DNA of 64,000 nt from an uncultured Candidatus Binatia bacterium (GTDB taxonomy: Bacteria > Desulfobacterota > Binatia > UBA9968 > JAJDTQ01), in assembly GCA_965242525.1 (NCBI GenBank), contig OZ251459.1, forward strand, positions 3,072,001-3,136,000. Direction: 5' to 3'. Below the pieces are notes generated by a model, which was given only the letters and a program-made list of their open reading frames with translations, was not told the origin of the DNA and made no database searches. How positions within the stretch are numbered: position 1 is the stretch's first letter; each line of letters begins with the position of its first letter. A program made the position numbers and the translations under genes. Positions 58,410 through 64,000 of the stretch are shown one piece after another.

Positions 58410-59672
58410 TCACTCGATCAGGTCCCTGTATTCCAACGGCAGCCGCTGTATCTCCGCCGCCAGCCCGGGAGGCCGCCGGGGCGGCAGCGGCGCGTTGGCG
58501 AACGGGACCGCCGCGTCCCCGCCCGAACCCGGCGCAACGCCCCGGGGGGCGCCTACGGCCGGCGCTCTCGGCAGCATGACCGTGACGAAACGCGCTCCTT
58601 CCGGCCCGTCCTCGCCGCCCCTGCCGGGCGGATGGAACCGGTCCGGCTGCCTTCCCTGCGCGCCGCCCCGGCCTGCCGAGACGCTGCCGCCGCCCCCTGG
58701 GCCGCCCGCTCCCTTCGCGGTCGGCTCCCGTGCCCGCGAAGGCGGCTCCGTCCCGGCCCCCCGGCCCGGGCCGCGCACGCCGGAAACCCGCGGACCCGGC
58801 GAACCTCCCGTGCCGCGGACTCCGTGTCCCCGTTCGCCGCCCTTTCCGGGCGTGTGAGCCGCGGCGCCGGGGCCGCCTGCCTGCCCGGACGCTACGGCCG
58901 CGGCGCTTGAGCCGCCTGCTTGCCCAGACGCCACGGCCGCGGCGCCCCGTACACCCGCGGGAACCTGCCCTTGCGCCCCTTGGCCTTCACCGCCGCCCCC
59001 GCGCACCAGACCGCTCGCCTGCCCGTCAACCGTACCCTCGCCGAACCCGCCTTCCACTCTACGCCACAGGCCAAGCGCGCCGGCCTTCACGCTCCAGGCG
59101 AGACCCTGCAACCGGAACTGTGCCGAACCCTCCTCCGCGGCGGCGGTGGAGTCGGGCGTGGACCGCACCGGACCTCCCAGCGACAGGTGGACCAGCACCG
59201 CCAATGCGCCGCAGGCCAACAACGAACCCATGACGCCGCGCCGCGCCCGGTAGGGGAAGTCCCTGCCCGGCTCGACGCCGCGGCTCAGAGCCGAAACCTG
59301 TTCCCGCAACCGGGTGACGAAAGCGGGATGCGCCCCCGCCCGGTCCAGGGTCGTCCAGGTGAGGAAACGGTCTTCGGCCCCCATGCGCTCGTCGAGCAGG
59401 CGGGCCGCCTCATGGGAAGACGGCCGCGCGAGACCGGGGTGGAGCAACGCCGCCAGGGCTGCGGCGCCGACCCCGGCCAGGACGAACACCACCGGCGCAG
59501 GCCCGGCAAGCTCCCGGGCAACGAGCGCGGCGCACACGTAGGCGACCACGCCCACGGGCGGAAGCACCGCCAGGAGACGGTCCCATACCCGGTGACGGCG
59601 CAGACGCCGACGCAGCCGTTGGACCATCCGTTCCGGTGACGACGCCGTGTCCCGTGGAGGGAGCCTGCCCAT
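58410..59672 (-). CDS. Membrane protein with a Gly/Ala-rich low-complexity tail (first gene of the MoxR cluster)
   Basis: Two TM segments, AARLLDER....DRF motif, a 13-aa tandem duplication ([11 protein letters not shown]) and C-terminal LPLEYRDL. Confidence 0.7.
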   Translation of the reverse strand: MGRLPPRDTASSPERMVQRLRRRLRRHRVWDRLLAVLPPVGVVAYVCAALVARELAGPAPVVFVLAGVGAAALAALLHPGLARPSSHEAARLLDERMGAEDRFLTWTTLDRAGAHPAFVTRLREQVSALSRGVEPGRDFPYRARRGVMGSLLACGALAVLVHLSLGGPVRSTPDSTAAAEEGSAQFRLQGLAWSVKAGALGLWRRVEGGFGEGTVDGQASGLVRGGGGEGQGAQGQVPAGVRGAAAVASGQAGGSSAAAVASGQAGGPGAAAHTPGKGGERGHGVRGTGGSPGPRVSGVRGPGRGAGTEPPSRAREPTAKGAGGPGGGGSVSAGRGGAQGRQPDRFHPPGRGGEDGPEGARFVTVMLPRAPAVGAPRGVAPGSGGDAAVPFANAPLPPRRPPGLAAEIQRLPLEYRDLIE

Positions 59673-59925
59673 GTGGGTCACTATAACAGCAGGCGTGCAG
59701 CGTCAGGAAGCATCTCAGATCCACCACCAACGATGAGTGGCTGGTGTAGGCGAGAGTTGGCGACACAAGCGGCTGAAGGCAGCCCGTCTGTCCCCAGCAG
59801 GCTACCCAATCCTGCCTCACCACACCCTGCAACACACCCGCTTTACCCGGATGGACTCCGCCCGCCCTGTCCCAAACTTTGTTGACGAACCCATGGGATC
59901 CTGATAGTTGCTCTCCGTCAACGGT

Positions 59926-60170
59926 CACCGTTGTCCGGTCAACGGACGCATAAGGTTGAAAATCTCCATATACGACAAGGAGTTACACGGAGAAAGGGGT
60001 GGTGTCGATTTGAACGCGGATTGCCGTTCCGGGTATGTTTCGAGGAGACCCTTCTACAGGTCCTGTCCGTCTCCGCTTTCGAGAAAATCCAACTGAATCA
60101 ATTGGTTACAGAAACAACACCCCTTCAAAACTCCCGATTCCGTCGTATTGCCACCCGCTATGAGAAACTG
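59926..60170 (+). mobile_element. Fused IS remnants (IS4-like end and C-terminal fragment; IS5-like C-terminal fragment)
   Basis: CACCGTTGTCCGGTCAAC looks like an IS terminus. TLLQVLSVSAFEKIQLNQL resembles IS4-family transposase C-termini and FRRIATRYEK is a typical IS5-family (IS427-group) motif. No DDE core is present. Confidence 0.65.
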
Positions 60171-60258
60171 TATCATAGACAAGTTGCCTTGTGTTCCGAT
60201 TTCGCTCACGGCCACGGTTCGGGTTGCGTGAATTGCAAAAGGGGCATCGGAGGCGGCA

Positions 60259-62202
60259 ATGGCACGTCCATATGCGGGAGAGATGGCAAGGCTGGCCGAA
60301 ACGTTCGATTGGGCAGCAACGGCCGACCTTAAGCCTCTATGTCAAGCTCTCCGCACCAGCGGACTTTCACCGCTTCGCGCCATTGGCTCCGGCGGTTCCC
60401 TAACCGGCGCCCATGCGCTGGCCAGTCTACACCAACGCTACACCGGCCAGATCGCCGCGGTCGCCACGCCCTTGGAAGCGGTCGGTGTTCCGCTCACCTC
60501 CACCGTCGCTACTTGGCTGCTAAGCGCCGGTGGCGGCAACGCCGACATCCTGACAGCGGCAAAGGCGTTGATCCTTCGCGAGCCGCGTCAGATCGGTGTC
60601 CTTTGCGGTCGAGAGACTAGCCCACTGGCCGAACTGTGCCGTCAGCACCCGTTTGTCGATCTGCTGCTCTACCCCCCGCTCGCTGGCAAGGATGGCTTCC
60701 TCGCTACCAACTCGCTCCTCGGTTTTGTTGCCCTTCTTACGCGAGCCTACGCGGCTGAGTTCGATTCAAATGCCGATTGGCAAGACGCGGTCGCCTGCCT
60801 GAATCCACTGCTCTCGGATACCGCTGCTTCTTTGGAGACGTGGAAGGCGGCCACGATGCCGCTCTGGACACGGTCCACCACGCTCGTTCTTCATGGCCCC
60901 TCCACGCGGATCGGGGCGATCGATCTGGAGTCGAAGTTCACGGAAGCCGCGATCGGACAAGTTCAGATCACCGACTACCGCAATTTCGCCCACGGCCGGC
61001 ATCACTGGCTCGCCAAGCGAAGCGAGACGAGCGCCGTGCTCGCCTTCGTCACCGACGCGGACCGCGCGCTCGCCGAGCTAACCCTCGACCTGATCCCAGC
61101 CGACGTTCCACAAGCGCGTGTCGTGTTCAATGGCGGACCGAGCGCAGTAGCACTTGCTTCACTGCTCGCGGCACTGAGGATCACAGGATGGGCCGGGCAC
61201 ATCAATGGTATCGACCCTGGACGCCCTGGTGTCCCCGAGTTTGGGCGCAGGCTCTACAACCTACGAATCCCACGCCCCCGACGCGCTGCAGGGCGGCCGC
61301 GCCTCACACCGCGAGAGGCGGCCGCAATCGCCCGGAAAGCGGAGGTCGCCCCGGACAGCCTCGCCACCTTGAGCGAACTCGGCCGCTGGCGCGATATGCT
61401 CGCGGCTTTTCTCAACCGTTTGCGCGATGCTTGTTTTGCCGGCGTCGTTCTCGACTATGATGGCACGCTGGTCGACACCCGACATCGGTTCGAGCCAGCA
61501 AATCAGAAAGTGGTCTCCGAACTTGCCCGCCTCGCCGGAGCGGGTGCTTACATCGGGATTGCAACCGGTCGAGGCAAATCGGTTCGATGCTACCTTCAGA
61601 AACACCTCCCTCGCGCGCTCTGGCATCTCGTTCTTGTTGGCTACTACAACGGCGCGGAGGTCGCACTGCTCGAAGACGACGGCGCTCCGGATGGATCCCA
61701 GAATGTCGGAGCCGCCCTTCGCCCACTCGCTGATGCCTTGCGCCGTCAGCCGGATCTCTCCCAATGCACGCGCCAGGAAGATCGCCCCTTCCAGATCACT
61801 CTTGAGGCCACCCGTGTCATACCCGTGAGGCGGATTTGGGATCTCACCCGCCAAGTCACCCTTACGACCGGTGTCCATGACGTTACTGTCACGCACTCTA
61901 GCCATTCGGTTGACGTCATGGCGGCCGGGGTGTCCAAGTTGAACGTCGTTCGGCGGCTACGTGAGAAGGTCGGCGACGAGCCTATCCTCACAATCGGTGA
62001 CTGCGGACGTTGGCCAGGAAACGACTATGAGCTGCTCAGCGAACCCTTTGCACTCGGGGTCGACGAGATCAGCGCCGATCCTGTGACCTGCTGGCATCTC
62101 GGCAAGCCAGGCCAACGTGGTCCGACGGTCACTCTTGAGTATATCTCTGCACTGGAAGCGCAAGGTGGTCGGTTGAGATTCTTGGCGGGGTCGTTGCAAT
62201 GA
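60259..62202 (+). CDS. Fusion of tandem SIS (sugar-phosphate isomerase-like) domains and a Cof-type HAD phosphatase
   Basis: SIS motifs IGSGGS, LSAGG.NAD, ESKFTE and NFAHGRH. HAD motifs I DYDGTL, II ATGR, III SK and IV GD....GND. GGAGG RBS. Confidence 0.85.
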   Translation: MARPYAGEMARLAETFDWAATADLKPLCQALRTSGLSPLRAIGSGGSLTGAHALASLHQRYTGQIAAVATPLEAVGVPLTSTVATWLLSAGGGNADILTAAKALILREPRQIGVLCGRETSPLAELCRQHPFVDLLLYPPLAGKDGFLATNSLLGFVALLTRAYAAEFDSNADWQDAVACLNPLLSDTAASLETWKAATMPLWTRSTTLVLHGPSTRIGAIDLESKFTEAAIGQVQITDYRNFAHGRHHWLAKRSETSAVLAFVTDADRALAELTLDLIPADVPQARVVFNGGPSAVALASLLAALRITGWAGHINGIDPGRPGVPEFGRRLYNLRIPRPRRAAGRPRLTPREAAAIARKAEVAPDSLATLSELGRWRDMLAAFLNRLRDACFAGVVLDYDGTLVDTRHRFEPANQKVVSELARLAGAGAYIGIATGRGKSVRCYLQKHLPRALWHLVLVGYYNGAEVALLEDDGAPDGSQNVGAALRPLADALRRQPDLSQCTRQEDRPFQITLEATRVIPVRRIWDLTRQVTLTTGVHDVTVTHSSHSVDVMAAGVSKLNVVRRLREKVGDEPILTIGDCGRWPGNDYELLSEPFALGVDEISADPVTCWHLGKPGQRGPTVTLEYISALEAQGGRLRFLAGSLQ

Positions 62203-63347
62203 ACCAGGACCTCGGGCTTAAAGTACTCAGTCAGATCATGAAGTGGACCGACGACCTCGCACGCCAAGAGTTCCAGTGGCTGAGACTGATGGCGCGTCTC
62301 AAATACGATGGCTATCGCGATTTTCAAGCGGGTATGCGTTTCATCGAAAGCTTAGTGACCTGGCTTCAGCAGTTCGAACAGCCGCAGGAAAGGGAGACAG
62401 CCTATGCCTTCGTGCGCCACTCCCTTGTTTACATCGGCCCCAGTGAGATGCAGCGACTCGTCGAGCAGTTCTACCCACGCACCGTCCGAGATCGCATCGT
62501 TCACATGGTGGCAACCGAGTGCCAGATTCAGCCTTATCGAGTGCTCGCAGACCCGGACGCCCAAGCGGCGGAGAAACGCTTGCGCCGCCAGACCTTGTTC
62601 ATGGGTTTAAGTGAAGGAGCGCACGTCGACATTCTCCGTCGTATGAACTCGGGCTTGCTTAGCAACGAACAATTCGTCCAGGGCACACAGGTAGATACCG
62701 ACAAGTGGAAAGATCTGCTTGATCATCTTCGCAAGGATCTCGACGTTCAAAACGGACGGTTCCGTCTCGTCTATCTGATTGACGACTTCGCTGGCACCGG
62801 AACCTCGTTTCTCCGTTGCGATAAAAATAAGACGGAGTGGAAAGGTAAGCTCCTCCGCTTCAAAGACTCAGTTGAGCACGCTAATGGTGTGCTCGGTGGT
62901 GACAAGCTGTTTGAGGACGATTGGGTGCTTTGCATCCATCACTACGTGGCATCACAGGCTGCCAGGAACGCCATCGAGAAGCGTCTTGAAGAGGCGAAGG
63001 CGAGCGGGGCCTTTCAGGAAGATTGGGCTCAGGCTATGCGAGCTTCATTCGGACTGGTCCTTCCTCCCGACCTGCCGATCAATGCGGTTCCTGGACATCC
63101 TGACGACTTCGTCAAGCTGACTCAAATCTACTACGACCCCAAAATTCGCACGAAACACACCGACATTGGCGGCGTGCCTCACCTTGGTCTCGGCTATGGC
63201 GGCTGCGCACTTCCTCTCGTACTCGAACACAATACCCCGAACAACGCGGTTGCCCTGCTTTGGGCCGAGACCGACGGCGGAGATCGAGATGGCACTCTCG
63301 CGCCAGCCATGCGCCCGCTTTTCCGTCGCCGCCACCGGCATGTCTGA
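62199..63347 (+). CDS. Phosphoribosyltransferase-like protein (PRTase-CE-like)
   Basis: PRPP-binding-loop motif YLIDDFAGTGTS; C-terminal LGYG.C.LPLV..HNTPNN...LLW...PLF.R; ATGA overlap with the upstream gene. Confidence 0.75.
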   Translation: MNQDLGLKVLSQIMKWTDDLARQEFQWLRLMARLKYDGYRDFQAGMRFIESLVTWLQQFEQPQERETAYAFVRHSLVYIGPSEMQRLVEQFYPRTVRDRIVHMVATECQIQPYRVLADPDAQAAEKRLRRQTLFMGLSEGAHVDILRRMNSGLLSNEQFVQGTQVDTDKWKDLLDHLRKDLDVQNGRFRLVYLIDDFAGTGTSFLRCDKNKTEWKGKLLRFKDSVEHANGVLGGDKLFEDDWVLCIHHYVASQAARNAIEKRLEEAKASGAFQEDWAQAMRASFGLVLPPDLPINAVPGHPDDFVKLTQIYYDPKIRTKHTDIGGVPHLGLGYGGCALPLVLEHNTPNNAVALLWAETDGGDRDGTLAPAMRPLFRRRHRHV

Positions 63348-63359
63348 GAGACATACTAC

Positions 63360-64000
63360 ATGGCAAACCCCTTCGAAAAGCGAGCAACCGAATATCTCCG
63401 AGATGATGAGGCATTCCTCGCCGTAGTCACTCCGGAGCCGCTTGTCACCTTTTTCCAGAAGCCGGCGAAACAAGGCTGCCTCTACGACCGTTTGGTGATG
63501 GTCATCGGTACTCCAGGTAGCGGAAAGACAACCCTCGCGAGGCTCTTCCAGTTTACGAGCTTGAATACTCTGCTACTCAATCGCGACAGCACCAACTACA
63601 AGCCGCTGCTTCATACGCTGACAACCTGCGGAGCGATTGACAACGAGCGCCCAAAACTCGTAGGCGAGCGCATTCCACTCGAGGCCGAATACCGGGATTT
63701 TTGGGAATTCCCTTACCCGGAAGAGCTCAAAACAAAGCTGATGATTGCACTGCTGCAGGCCCGTACCGTACTAGCTTGGCTCCGAAACATTCAGACCTCC
63801 GGTAGGCAGCTTGACCAAATCGAGATCGTGCCGCGTACCGACGCCAACGCCGCACTCAAGGCCATCGGCGGTGAAGCGGGACAGGATCTGCATCATCGCG
63901 CCCGTGAAGTCGAGCTTGCTATCTACAAGATCTCGGCCGCACTCGTGCCGCCAGTCATTCAAGACATTCCCATAGAGGCAGTTTCTGCCTACCGACCGTT
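63360..64000 (+). CDS. P-loop ATPase (ORC/CDC6-like STAND type), 3' end outside window; absent from the ORF track
   Basis: Manual translation gives MANPFEKRATEYLRDDEAFL...VMVIGTPGSGKTTLARLF (Walker A); no stop was seen to 64000. Confidence 0.85.
   Translation, partial: MANPFEKRATEYLRDDEAFLAVVTPEPLVTFFQKPAKQGCLYDRLVMVIGTPGSGKTTLARLFQFTSLNTLLLNRDSTNYKPLLHTLTTCGAIDNERPKLVGERIPLEAEYRDFWEFPYPEELKTKLMIALLQARTVLAWLRNIQTSGRQLDQIEIVPRTDANAALKAIGGEAGQDLHHRAREVELAIYKISAALVPPVIQDIPIEAVSAYRP

Overview
High-GC bacterial chromosome segment. The gene order mnmE-mnmG-rsmG-parA-parB-atpF'F-HAGDC (no atpB/atpE) suggests a deltaproteobacterial-type lineage; this is inference. The housekeeping backbone is origin-proximal in type: gpsA, gyrA, gyrB, aroCKBQ, aroF, part of the ATP synthase operon, parAB with two parS palindromes, rsmG, mnmG, mnmE, a YyaL-like thioredoxin protein and a MoxR/DUF58/vWA cluster. 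Accessory DNA is interleaved: (i) a membrane glycosyltransferase-like gene with a C16 tract near its start, followed by five tandem, mosaic SGNH-hydrolase paralogues upstream of gyrB; (ii) a defence island with an XRE-IrrE/PIN pair and a type I restriction-modification system (R-S-M) interrupted by toxin-antitoxin modules, two of which appear to have lost their toxin by deletion, plus two small coiled-coil genes differing in heptad number; (iii) at the right edge, after IS debris, a SIS-HAD / PRTase-like / P-loop ATPase operon, the best candidate for an uncharacterised nucleotide-based conflict system; (iv) at the left edge, a DNA methyltransferase followed by an apparently internally deleted partner gene. 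REP-like palindromes and a ~135-145 bp MITE-like element occur in several intergenic regions. No rRNA, tRNA or CRISPR array was recognised. All assignments come from reading motifs by eye; no database search was run.
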